64,000 nucleotides of DNA from Takakia lepidozioides. Lineage: Eukaryota; Plantae; Bryophyta. Made by a program: the position numbers and the translations under genes. Shown in pieces: positions 12,927 to 25,500 of this stretch (its first letter is position 1; each line of letters opens with the position of its first letter). The stretch lies in NCBI GenBank assembly GCA_030704615.1, contig CM060731.1, forward strand, positions 66,340,001-66,404,000, given 5' to 3'. The notes below the pieces were generated by a model, which was not told the DNA's origin, did no database searches, and worked only from the letters and a program-made list of their open reading frames with translations.

Positions 12927-13114
12927 AAAGTAGAAAGTAGAAAGTATAACGCCTCCCGAAGGAAGCGTAACTTATGGAGTCACTTCACCCCGAAGGACTA
13001 TTGCCTTCCACTACGAAAGTGGACATCTTCATGACACACCAGATCGTGGTTTGAACCCACAACCAAATCCAACGTGGTATGTGCCCATTACCACTGGGCT
13101 ACATGCTGGTTGTC
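12927..13114 (-). mobile_element. tRNA-derived SINE with 12-bp target-site duplication
   Basis: Minus strand shows A-box TAGCCCAGTGG, B-box GGTTCAAACC and a short tandem ACTTTCT/ACTTT 3' tail. Flanking direct repeat GGCGGTTACAGG at 12915-12926 and 13115-13126. Confidence 0.85.
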
Positions 13115-13519
13115 GGCGGTTACAGGTTATCAATAGAGGGGTCCCCAAAAAAAATTCTCACGTTATCAATATGCCATTATCCAAGTGGAACACCGCCGGG
13201 TCCATACAACGGTTATCAATATAACCTGATTTTCAGTTATGATACATTAAGATTTTGAAAGAAAGAAAAAAACAAAGGGAAAAAAATGAAATATGAAGAA
13301 TCACAATAAAATGAATTTATAGAAAGTTGGGTGCATCACATGTCTTCTCATTCATGGGGGAATGATCCTTACATAGGAGAGAAACCAATAATAAGTGGAC
13401 CGGATTTGGTTCAAAAAAAGAAAAAAAAGAAAAAGAAAAGAGATAGGACTCCTTATGCTTATGAGCTTTGAAGGTTTTGGGTTTTCCTTCCAAAAGCCTT
13501 TGACTAACAGTCCTCTTAA

Positions 13520-14172
13520 CCCTTAAAAACGCCCGGTGCCATAGTTTGACTTTTTCAGAAAACATGACCCCTTAAGTGAAAAAAAGGTGTAACTTTCAGA
13601 AAATTAACTTTTTAAAGAACTTGACCGCACATTAGGTGCATACCTTCCTCCGGCATCCACCAGCCGAATTTGAGGCCAATCAGCCCCAGATCCACAAAAT
13701 GCCACCATTGAATGTGGGCCCCATTTTTGGGGCCCTTTTGAGAAACATATCCATTTTTGGTAATTTCTTAAAGATTTGAGTGACGGGATCAAATGGGATT
13801 GAGGCGAAATTAGCAGGGTTTCATCCCCTTGAGATCCCTCGTCCAACAAGCCAAAAAGTATCCAATTTGGCCAATGCATGTGATGTTGCCACTTGGTCAA
13901 ACCTGGGAAAATCCCATGTTTCTCTCCCTATCTGACACAAGTGTGAAGAATGAAACAACGAGAATTACCTTTATCAAATCGTGACCCCCTGCTTGCCTGA
14001 TGAGACCTCTTTGCAACTTGGCAGATCCGAGGCAATTGGGCAATGAATCTTGGTGTGCCAGGTGCCCAAGAACACTATATTTTTTTTTCACACAATTCCA
14101 TGGAGAATGCAAAAAGTTATTCAGATTTTTCTAAACCCAAAAGCCCGAAACGGGCTACTGGGCGTTGAAGGG
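13520..14172. mobile_element. non-autonomous piggyBac-type MITE (~650 bp)
   Basis: TTAA (13516-13519)|CCCTTAAAAACGCCCGGT ... ACTGGGCGTTGAAGGG|TTAA (14173-14176): imperfect TIRs beginning CCC with TTAA on both sides; no coding capacity. Confidence 0.8.
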
Positions 14173-14379
14173 TTAAATGTGGACCTCATGTGGCTGCATA
14201 ATTACTACCCATGAATACAGCTAGGTTGTAATAAAATCTCAAGGTCTTGTCTAAAAGTTACTACCCGGCTGATTTTCAAGGTTAAAGTAGGGCTCCATGT
14301 AGTAAGCCAAGTTGGCCCTGCCGGTCCAGCTTGGGCCGGGTAACCGGGGAGATGGCCCTCTATGGGTCTAATTGAAAGT

Positions 14380-14470
14380 AGGGTCCACCAAAAATTTGGG
14401 TGGCTGGTCTCAATAGTATCTAACTCAAGCAGGGTGCACCAAAAATTTGGGTGGCGGGTCTCAATAGTAT
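14380..14470. repeat. tandem duplication of ~40 bp
   Basis: AGGGT(C/G)CACCAAAAATTTGGGTGGC(T/G)GGTCTCAATAGTAT at 14380 and 14431. Confidence 0.85.
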
Positions 14471-14663
14471 GATACCCTGATTATTACCTGTCCGGGTATA
14501 TATGTGTTCTTGTCAGAAATGTAGAGTAGAGCATTACCTGGCTTCTTAGTGAAGGTCGATTCCTACTTCATACGTTCATACTAGTGTTGGGTGGGCATAT
14601 TGGTGTATCAGGGTATATTGATATATATATACCCTGGTGTGGCAAGTTTAGGTACTTGGATAC

Positions 14664-15547
14664 GTACCCTTATATTAGGGTATATTTTTATAATATACCC
14701 TTATCCTTATATTTACCTTGCATCAAGAAGTCCATTATACCATACTTTTTTGAAGGGTGTCAGTTAAAATGAAGGGTATATCTAATCAGGCTATATAAGG
14801 TTAACATAGCCACAGCAGTAGCATTCGAGGTGACATTTAGCGTGGAGGTACTTTTTAGGGAATCTCACCCATCTAGCAAATTCATGTAGTTTTTTTTCCG
14901 TCAAACTTCGCAATTGGTGGTGTTCTCATGCAGGATGGGCGTCTAGTGTTGAACCTTTAATTCATGAACATTTTGCTCATTTCCAAGCATAGTACAAACT
15001 CTTGAACCAAAATCTTATAGGTTGCTCCATTTTGCTCCATGTGCGAGATTGAGGCAGGACAGGTTTTGGGGTCGAATTCCTGACATTCGGCACTGGGTGG
15101 GTTAAAATTTTAAATTTTCCGGCAATCTCTTTTGGGATTTAATTATCATCGAACAACGCAGGTACGGTACCCTTATATTAGGGTATATTTTTATAATATA
15201 CCCTTATCCTTATATTTACCATGCATCAAGAAATCCAATATATCATACTTTTCTGAAGGGTATATCTAATCAGGGTATATAAGGTAACATAGCCCCAACG
15301 GTAGCATTCGAGCCGGTAGCATAGCAATGACGGTAGCATTCGACGGCGGTAGTGACATTTAGCGTGGAGGTACTTTTCAGGGAATCTCACCCATCTAGCC
15401 AAATCCTGTAGTTTTTTTTCCGTTCGCAATTGGTGGTGTTCTCATGCAGGATGGGCGTCCAGTGTTGAACCTTTAATTCATGAACATTTTGCACAATTCC
15501 AAGCATAGTACAAACTCTTGAACCAAAATCTTGTAGGTTGCTCCATC
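14664..15547. repeat. two ~370-bp direct repeats, probably internal to a hAT-like element starting at 14582
   Basis: 14664-15030 and 15166-15547 both run from GTACCCTTATATTAGGGTATATTTT to AGGTTGCTCCAT with high identity. Confidence 0.85.
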
Positions 15548-17429
15548 TGCAAAACCTAAATTGTCTTAAGAATAAAAACAAGCGGCTAGTCTAGTCGCGC
15601 ATGGCTCCTCTTTCTAAATAGTGGAATGTACATTCTAAAAATTCATCTGATGCTCAGTAACGGAGATGTTACTTGGAGAAGGCAACATCATGGAAGTAGT
15701 TTTCAGCAAAGGAGACAAGGTGAGGAAGGCACAATAGGGGCTTAACGATTTTTCACATGATGCGTAGTCTCTTCTTTATTCTAAAGAGAAGCCATTGAAA
15801 ATAATTGTGGGTTTGGTAAGACAGATTTTCTAGTTGGGTTACCCAAGATTAGAGTACGGTGGGTTAAGACTTAAGACTTAAGACCTATATTAGTCTAATA
15901 AAACCCATACAATTCCGCCTTCAAATGATCAGCAATTTACGGCGTTCATAAAACTGGACATACATTCGGTGTGTATTCGTTGCGGGATGACTTACAATCA
16001 GCAACTTGTTCCCACCTCCAAACTGATCAACATTGTGCCTTTGGACTTGCATTCACAACTCCTTATACATTGGTTAACTAACCCACATGACCATAAACTA
16101 CTCATCTTCCTTCCCAAGTAGCCCACTTGTGTGTGCAGACAGTGCACCATCCTCCGAGCCTGTGCTTCTTAATGCGCTGCCTCTTCACCATGATCCTTCA
16201 TGCCTCACAGAAAACATTTTGGTGTGCAGTTTGAAGCTGCATGTTGGATTTTCCAGTAGTAATTGGAGTCTGGGGTTGAATGAAATAGTTGCTGAGTTTG
16301 AGGGAGCAGAGTGAAGGACGTGTTGCAGTGATGATGATCTGCAGACTGGGGAAAATAGATGGTCCTTGTGGGTACAATGTTGCTGTTTAGGTACTCTCTC
16401 CGTTGTCAGCCTAACTAAACCTTACCATAATCTGCATACAACTGATTCTAGCTCTGATGGTTATTTGGCCTAAGTGGATGAATGACATTCACTGGCAATT
16501 CTTCCTATCCATCTCCATGCCTTGCTCATCATTTCAAAGTATCTGTGTCACCTAGGGCTGCAAATGACTCTGTGACCGTCATTTGGAGAAGAGTCTGATA
16601 CCCCATTTCCATGCTTCTCTGTTGCACTCACAATAGCTGGGCAACTCTGCAGACAGGTTCTATTGATAAATACAAGCTAGGGACAAATCGTTGCAATTGC
16701 AAGCTACATCCCTTGCCTTTCTTCCATTACCTTGCAATGCATCCAAACATTTTGCAAGAATGCATTGCCTATCAAAACAGTGTCTTCGCTTTCCACGTTG
16801 AGAGAAAAGGGGTTGCAAAAGATGAAGCACGCAGATGGTAACTATCAGATGGTATTACTATTGAGAATGTGGTTTGTTGGCCCTGCCTTCCTCACTTTCA
16901 AGCGCGTCATCATCAACCCTAATGAAAGAGCTGGACTTGCTTTTGATGACGCAGAATGATGCACACCAATAGTCGGAGACCTTTGAGAATGCGCGGGATG
17001 CGAAAAGACACACATACTTGCGATTAGTCTCCGAGTTAGATCGAGATAGGTGTCATTGGAATATTCTGTCCATACTTCTAATGAATGACATCCCTTGGAT
17101 GAACAGTTTTATGGTCACAGCGAGTTTTGTTTGGCCCTTAGGTCTGGAGTTCGACTTCTGGTGCATACCATAAATGAAAGTCAATCGAATATCACCCTGC
17201 GCGCCACCCGAGTGATTCAGGGCTCAAATCCTGTGTTACCGTGATATTTATTAACGGATACTGTGTGATCTTCCAGATTTTTACTACCTATTCATAATTA
17301 CTGAAGGGCAGGGCTTGCATGAATTCCATGCATTTGTTTCCCTCTCATATAGTCCATCTACAAGTTTCGTGCTACAAGTGCAATCGAGGTGTTTCTCAAT
17401 TTCCCAATCAAGCACTCCTAGTATATAAA

Positions 17430-17796
17430 ATCAATATCCATTTTCTGATACATTGTCCGCGATAATGTCACCAGAGAGTGACCTTCTTCATGACAATCAA
17501 GAACATTGTCTCTGCACCTCTGTTCACCAACTTGCAAATCTTGAGGCTGAGCCTAAAGCCCTGTCCCTGTTGGGGTCTAACTTTTGAGCTGGTCACACAC
17601 AGCAGATTGATGCTTGTGTGAAGGTCTTCCTAGAGGATATCTGGAAAGCCCAAACTAATTGTTTGTATCAAGGTAAGTCATACTACCGGAGTGAGCTCCT
17701 CGCAAAGGTAGTTTCTGGTCACTTTCGTTCCGCCCAAACTGGGCGCGAGGTCTATGGCCACAAGGCTGCGGCAAACACAGTCTTATGAGTACATCT
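17430..17796 (+). mobile_element. LINE family A, 5'-truncated 3' fragment
   Basis: Homologous to the reverse complement of 39390-39760. Ends CACAAGGCTGCGGCAAACACAGTCTTATGAGTACATCTATCT. Confidence 0.8.
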
Positions 17797-18223
17797 ATCT
17801 AAAATCAATTGGAACACAGCTCACCAACGGGTACCCACAGAGAGGTTGGTTCACATAAGAGTCATTGCAATACTGTGAGCTCGATTCTCGTACTAGGGAC
17901 TCTCGTGATTCAGATTAAGAGGTCTCAAATTGAAAGCTTCTCCAGATTTTGAGGCAAGTAAAAGGATTTAGGTGTTCGTGCGTTTGAGAGATTGACTTGG
18001 TGATGACCTGTTGAACCTCTGCTGGTGCAGGATATCAACCTTTGAAAGGTCACACGAAGTGTTCCGTCAAAAAGATCCTCTTCAGTAATGTTTTAGGTGA
18101 CTCCACTGGTGCTACTCGATTCGAACTTGAGGAATGATCATCACTCTTTGCTCACGAATATAAGGACAACCTCTCCACCCTCACCTTTGATGTGATGACC
18201 CACTTTGATGCATGTTGATTTTT

Positions 18224-21200
18224 TCACCAGTAATCCCCACAAGAACACATCCCATCTTGAAAGTGGTGAAAGCGGTTTCCATCCCGTACAACAATTTCTC
18301 GTCCAACAATCTTTGAAATGAATTTAGTGGCAGTGTGGCAATCGCCACACACCCGAAGGTTCTTGATTACACGAAGAGCCGTACCAGCGGGAGTGGCGAT
18401 CAGCCCAAAAGCAATGGCCAGCTTCTCACTGTGGTAGCAAAGAGAAGATTCTTTTTGCTCCTCCTCCACGTCATGCAATACAAAGCTGGTGTCGGGTACA
18501 TACCCAGCCTTCTCCATCTGCCCAGACAATCTTTCTAGCTCAGCATGAATTTCCTCAATTTGTGGATGCAATCTGTCATCTACAAGGAATGTATGCACCT
18601 GGTTGTTGACCTCAATGCAGCTTTGCCCTGGCTCTTTTCTGACATCCCTGTCCTTCATCATTTTTCTTACATTTGCTTGATCATCCCACCTGCCAGCAGC
18701 AGCATAGATGTTTGAAAGAAGCACATAAGTTGGAGCCTCCTTTGGATCCATCTTGAGACGGCATTTTGCCACACGTTCTGCGAGCTTCACATCACCATAA
18801 ATTCTGCAGGCACCAAGTAAGGCCCCCCACACAGAACCACTTGGCTCAACTGGCATTTTGTGAATGAAGTCCTCTGCTTCTTTCAATTGCCCAGATCGGC
18901 CAAGAAGGTCCACCATGCAGCTAAAATGTTCGACTTCAGGAGTGAGGTCATGATCTTGATTCATGGAATCAAAGTAGTGGCGGCCTTCATCCACAAGGCC
19001 CCCGTGACTACAGGCAGAGAGAAGACATATAAATGTTATATTGTTCGGCTTCAAGCCTCCCTGTCGCATTTGTTCAAATAGTTGCAGGGCTTCCACTCCA
19101 CACCCATGCTGAGCACATCCTGCAATCATTGCATTCCATGAGACTACAGTTCGGTCAGCCAAGTTGTCAAACACTTGACGTGCATCCCTCAGGCTCCCGG
19201 ATTTTGCATACATGTCGACAAGTGCATTCTCCAGCATGATTTCTGATGTAATTCCAGCTTCGATGATGTCAGCATGGACCTCTTTGCCCTTATCCAGGGC
19301 TGCCAGGCTGGCACAAGCATTGAGAACGCAAATGAATGTGACCCTGTTCGGTATCACCCCTTCCTGTATCATTTGCTCATATGTCTCTAAAGCCTCTGTA
19401 CCACACCCATACTGAACATATCCTGCAATCATTGCACTCCATGAGACCACATCTCGAGTAGCCATCTTGTCAAACACTTCACATGCATCCTTCAAGCTTC
19501 CACATTTGGTGTACATGTTGATGAGGGCGTTCTCCAAATTCACATATGAAGCAATTCCAACTGTGATGATGTCAGCATGGACTTCTTTGCCCTTTTCCAG
19601 GGCTGCCAGGCTGGCACATGCATTTAGAACACATATGAATGTGACTTTGTCCGGCGTCACCCCTTCTCGTATCATTCGCTTATACATCTCAAAAGCCTCC
19701 ATACCACAGTCATGCTGAACATATCCTGCGATCATCGCACTCCATGAAACCACATCTTGATTAGCCATACTTTCAAACACTTGACATGCATCCTTCATGC
19801 TGCCACATTTGGCATACATGTTAACAAGGATATTATCCAGAGTAACGTCTATGGCAATTCCAGCTTTGATGATAGCAGCATGGACCTCTTTGCCCTTTTC
19901 CAGGGCTGCCAGGTTTGCACAAGCATTGAGAACACAAATAAATGTGACTTTGTCCGGCATCACCCCTTCCCGTATCATTTGCTCATGCATATTGAAAGCC
20001 TCGATACCACTCTCATGCTGAGCATACCCTGCAATGATTGCATTCCATGAGACCACATCCCGGTGAGCCATATTGTCAAAGACTTGACGAGCATCCTTTA
20101 TGCTCCCACATTTGGCATACATGTCAACAAGTGTATTCTCCAAATGAATATCTGGAGCAATTCCAGCTCTGATGACATCACAATGGACCTCTTTGCCCTT
20201 TTCCAAAACTCCTAGGCTGGCACATGCATTGACAACGCTAATGAATGTGACCTTGTCGGGCGGAACATCTTTGCGTTGCATTTGCTCGTACAATTTGAGA
20301 GCCTCCCTAGCACACCCATGCTTGGCATATCCTGCAATGATTGCGCTCCATGAGACCACGTTTGGCTTCAAACCTTCGTGTTGCATTTGTTCAAAGAGCT
20401 GAAGGGCCTCCCTACCGCACCCATGCTGGGCATATCCTGTTATCATCACATTCCATGAGACCACATTTCGTTCAGCCATATTGTCAAACACTCGATGCGC
20501 ATCTTTCATGTTCCTGCATTTGGCATACATGTCAGCCAGGGCAGTCTCCAGAATGACATCCGGTGCAATTCCAGCTTTGATAATGTCATTGTGGACCTCT
20601 ATGCCCTTTTCCAGGGCTGCCACACAGGCACAGGCCTTCAGAAGCGAAATGAATGTGACCCTGTTAGGCGTCACATCTTCCTGTATCATTTGATCATAGA
20701 TCTCAAAGGCCTTCCTACCATACGCAGGCTTGGCATATCCAGCTATCATCGTATTCCATGTAAACCTATCTCGTTCAGGCATTTTGTCAAACACTTTGCG
20801 TGCATCCACCACACTCCCACATGTGGCATACATTTTGACAAGAGTGTTGAGTAGAAAGATGGTTGGCTTGAATCCACTTTCCATAATGTGTGCGTGGACC
20901 TGCTTCCCATCTGCTAGGCCTCGCGTGTTGATGCACTGCTGCAAGAGACTGACATAAGTGTCAGTGTCTGCCAAAATGCCTTGTTGATTCAAAATGTGCA
21001 GGGCCTCTTTCACTCGTCCTGCTGTACACAGTTTCTTCACATCACGATACTGCTCTTGATCTTTTATCATGGCGTCTAGCTCTGTTTTCACCCACGGAGG
21101 GTTAGACCAGCTCTCAATCCAAAGGGCCTCCTTCGTGTGCCTATGTCTGAAGTCTGGTGATCTTGGACTATTCTGTGAAAACCAGCCACAGCTTCAACTT

Positions 21201-21524
21201 CAGCATCGTATGTACCAAGCCGACAAGCATCTTTCAAATGACACGCAACAACCTTGAGCAACCTACTTTCAGGCCCTGCTAATAAGGAATGTCAGCAACC
21301 ACAGATAGAAATGCTTTGGCTGTTTTTGGGGACAAGTGAAAGACTATCTTTATTTTAATTTGAGATACAACCCAGTCCAAACAAACACCCTGATGCCAGA
21401 TTCAATCACAAATTCCTTTACGTCCTAAATGACGATAGCCTCACCTTATCAAGCCTGTTGTCCCACCACTGTGTAGGATCTGAGAAGAACTCCTGCCAGA
21501 GCTGATCCACACTGATTGTTTGAC
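18224..21524 (-). CDS. PLS-class PPR-E1-E2-DYW organellar C-to-U editing factor with N-terminal OSB-type PDF motif (5'-most exon not located)
   Basis: Exon 21524-21445 (QTISVDQLWQEFFSDPTQWWDNRLDK), GT-AG intron 21444-21173, then exon 21172-18224 (NSPRSPDFRHRHTKEALWIESWSNPPWVKTEL...). This is followed by 21 PPR motifs (L-S-P triplets with one extra P, ending P2-L2-S2), E1/E2, PGQSCIEV, HSEKLA, CGDCH and terminal DYW. Confidence 0.93.
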
Positions 21525-21629
21525 CTGCGCACAAAACACCACTTCAACATTGATGGTTGTCCATTTCTGAATTAGCATGAGCTTTCCAAAATCTGTCTCT
21601 CTCACAAATGCTCCCTTCCTACACATATC

Positions 21630-22622
21630 TTGGTGTTGATTTTTCCTTCAGTTGTAACTGGGATGCGCATATACAAAAAGGGGTTCAAACCTAAAAGCAA
21701 AGCTCTGCGGCTTTTCCAATGCAGAGGGATTAATACCTCCGTTAAAAGGACCATGCTGACCATGCTTTGCAACGTTATTAGGCTACCTTGGGATACGCAT
21801 GCGCCATGTGGGTGGGCAACTCCAACCGTGATAGAAGTTTGGAATCTATTGAGCTTTCGGTGCTCAAAGAGAGAATTTCAGCGCGCTAGTCTAGAACAGC
21901 TAACGTAACTGTTCGGGGCGAGTTTGGCGTACCGCCCTTGAGCTCTCGATGTGCTGAGTTCAAGGTCAGATGGTGGGTCAGTTGAATTGACCCTAACATG
22001 ATCGACTCTATTTCTTGGAATGAAGACCGTCCTGTTAAACAAACTGAATCCTGGCGGAAAAAGGTAGAGTACAAGTACCTGAATAAGAACTGACCCTGCT
22101 AGACGAAGCTGCCTTGGAGGCGGAAGTGCCTAAGGCCATGTCGGGGAAGCACGAAGAATGTCCGAACCCGAACAAACCGAAGATAGGCATGGAACCTCCC
22201 TGAGCTTGTTTCCAGTTTGTGACATGGGCCTTAAGGATGATCTGAAGGGCATTCTCTCGGTACTAGACTGAAATTTAAACTCGGGGCGGGGAGTCTACCT
22301 TTGAAGAATGCACAGGCGCAGAAAGCAAAGGGAGACTGTCAATGCCCTATGTGCAGGCGGCCTTAAGACAATATCCATTTTCTGATACAATCGAGCGACC
22401 CTCTTCAGGACCATCAAGAACATAATCCCTGCACCTCTGTTCACCAACTTCCAAAAATCTCGAGGCTGAGCCCAAAGCCCTGGCCCTGTAGGGGTCTAAT
22501 TGCCGGGCGGCTCAACCACAGCAGATTGATGCTTGTGTGGAGGGATTTTGTAGAGGAAATCTGGAAAGTCCGAACCAATTGTGTATACCAAGGTTAAGTC
22601 GCAATGTGAGCCCCTCACAAAG
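21630..22622 (+). mobile_element. LINE family A fragment (post-RT region to CCHC), lying upstream of the PDF exon in the inferred PPR intron
   Basis: Collinear with the reverse complements of 38190-38680 and 39480-39860 (e.g. ACTAGACTGAAATTTAAACTCGGGGCGGGGAGTCTACC). Decayed. Confidence 0.8.
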
Positions 22623-23979
22623 TGTTCAAACGTATCCATAAACAAGTTACATATAGATATTGTTCATGACACAATGATCATAACTGAAATGTGGGTTTAA
22701 ATGTACATAGCTCTCTGTCTTGCTCTCTCATTCTTGTTTCGTGAAGCAAGATGATTCGCATCTGCTCTGAAAATTTCGGCTCGTTCAGAGTTCCCCTGTC
22801 CAACTCAGAATTCGATTTCCCTTCTCCATCAGAATTTCCTCGAACAGTTTTCGCCCGGTTCGTCGCTGCAGAGAGCAGTGACAAAGGCCAAACAGAAAGG
22901 ACTTGCAGGCAATCTTAAATTCCAGCTGAATGATACCTACTTTGTTTAGGCCAGTAACAAATGGAAGACAGTGCGACAGATGGAGTATGACCTTTCTCAG
23001 TCCAGCAATGCCTGCCTAACAAGATAACCCAAGCAGTTATAGATCCCATACATATCACTATTTTTATCAAAAACCTCTTAAGAGTGCAGAGCAAAGCGGA
23101 GACAGTATATTCTACTTAGAGACCGCTGAAAAGTTGGAGACCAGTTTAGCGTACAGCAGGCATAGGGTGCTTTAGTGCCATGTCATCGTCCTCTCTTTCG
23201 TAAAACTGCTTGAGTTGCCCAAAAAGAAAACCGGTGTGCAACTCCTTGAACTGTCACGTAACTTGGCATTGAAGCTGCCCATGGACTTCGCTTCTTTCTT
23301 GTGTTCCTTTGTCACGCATGCTCTTCGAGCTTTCCGCATACTTTAAGGTAATTGCATCACCCAACAGTGAATGCGTAGATCTAGCTTAGCTGCTGTGAAT
23401 AGTGCTGGCTGAAGACTTCCACAGTTGTACATATGAGCTTCATAATCGTGAGCGCCAAAAAGAAAGACAGGTACTGGTACTGAACAGCCCAGACAGGTAC
23501 CATTGTCCCCAATTGCCAAAGCACCAGAAGTACCCACTAACATTTTCACCTTGCGGTGCTTCATTGCGGGGACGTTAGAGACCTGGTCTGCGTGAATAGA
23601 GTTTCATGAATATAAGCCAAAATCATCACGACTATTACCACTTGACAGCAATCACCAGCACATTGACATTGTATATATACAGGGATGTGGTGTTCTAAAG
23701 AACAAGTTCTGCATGTCAGTCCTGCATGAGCTGTGGACCCCTTAGGTAAAGAGCCCGTGTGAGGCCCGTGTTAGCCTCGCCACAGTCAGTACAGGAAACC
23801 ACACTATATGATTTGAAGTTTTGAGGGTTTGAAATCGATCCAGCCGTTCACTATCACCCTACAGGGACCATGTACCAATCTGTGACCGCCTAGAAAGAGG
23901 GCCCACTCTGTAATCCTCATCTCTAAGACTTATTCTCTGAGATGATGCCCTCTTGCACAGGTAGAATCAATTGAGCACT

Positions 23980-25500
23980 TTGTGATTCTGAACTGATTTC
24001 TATCACAATTTTGGTGGCTGGATTGCAGGATACCGCTGGAAATACTACTGTGATATTCCCCCTGCTGGAAGAACATCAAGGAGAAAGTAAACTGGTCACT
24101 CCAAAGGTGCCCCTACCCCCAAATCTCTATCTCTAAGCCCCTTGGCTTCATTGGCTGCAACTGACAGGGCTCCACACTTGCGTGAGATTAGGCCCTGTTT
24201 GACAGGAAATGTAATGGTCTGTCTTTTTGCTCTCCCTCCTCACCGGTTGTGTTTTCTCTCACTCCGTAAGTGCAACACTCTATCGAAATCTGTCAATCTC
24301 ACTCCCAAGAATTGATCAGATAGGAAACAGAGTCCTTATGTACCACAAGGAGCTGTATTTCACATGATGCATTGCAATGGGCCCAAAGATGAGAATAGTG
24401 TTCATCTTCTAGATGCAATGGGTTGGACAATTAGATGAGAAGACGAACACTATCCAGGATCTGTACAGGGGCGCTTTCTGCGAATGAGTCTATCATTTTT
24501 GCACCTGTGGGAACTAAGACCTGGATAGTGTACTGCTTCAAGAAAAATAAGAGTGAGTCTACAAATGGTACACAATATTTGTGGGATAGAGAGAAGGGAG
24601 CCACAAGAGATTCCAAAAGTGATGCAGTCACTTCCAGTCCTCTCCACTGTGAGAGCGTTGGTGATGTACACAGAACTCATCATCACATAACAGCTTGCCC
24701 TCTAGAAAGTAAGCTTCAAGGCAAACTATTGAATGGGGACAAAAGAGGTCGACACAACCTCAAACCTTTGGATTGAGCATATGGCCTGTAAGGCTTTTTC
24801 CCGAGTTCTTTCATTGTTTCTGCCAGGCAACAACTCACACCAATTGTAATATAGGTATCTCTTCTCTCTGTCTTTTGTCTCTCTCTACTATATTATAACC
24901 GTGCAACCGGCCTGTCGAGTTTTCTATTGTCTGACACTTATCAGATGTAGCCTCATCAGTCCCCTGCCATCTGATCCATTCCCATTAACTAGCCAATAAC
25001 GGGCATCACACTCTGTCCTTGAGTTTGACCTCTGTGTTCATATGCCAACCCTCTATTTGACACTCAAGCAACCGAATCTCTCCCTTGAATATAGTTGGCA
25101 TTTAAGAGTGCTACGGTAATTTTGGGGTCAGTATTCATGTCCTGATGTGTGAAATGAACTCTGGACTACAGGCTATACATACACTATGCCTTGCCTCTGC
25201 CTTGCAGAAGTGACTTTTAAATTTAGGTCCTGAGGGATGATCTGAACTGATTCCCACTAAATTGTGGTGGTTGGATTGCAGGATACCGTTAGGCAAGGTG
25301 TTGAGTAGTGGGCACAAGCTGCCTTCCACCTCTTTTACCATTGATTCAAGTCCCTTCCTCAAGAACTCAAGGAAAAAATTAACCTGCCTGTCACTTCCAC
25401 TCCAAAGGTGCCCCTTCTCCCAACTCTCTATCTCTCAGCCCATTAGCTCCGTTGGCTACAAATTACAGGCTCCTCACCTGGGTGACATTAGGCCATGTTC
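23980..25500. repeat. pair of diverged ~220-260 bp direct repeats (23980-24200 and 25235-25500)
   Basis: Shared blocks TCTGAACTGATT, GGTGG.TGGATTGCAGGATACCG, CACTCCAAAGGTGCCCCT, CTCTCTATCTCT and ATTAGGCC.TGTT. Confidence 0.7.

Noticed and set aside
18335-20957. many antisense ORFs over the PPR genes
   Set aside because: Shadow frames of the repetitive PPR coding sequence.
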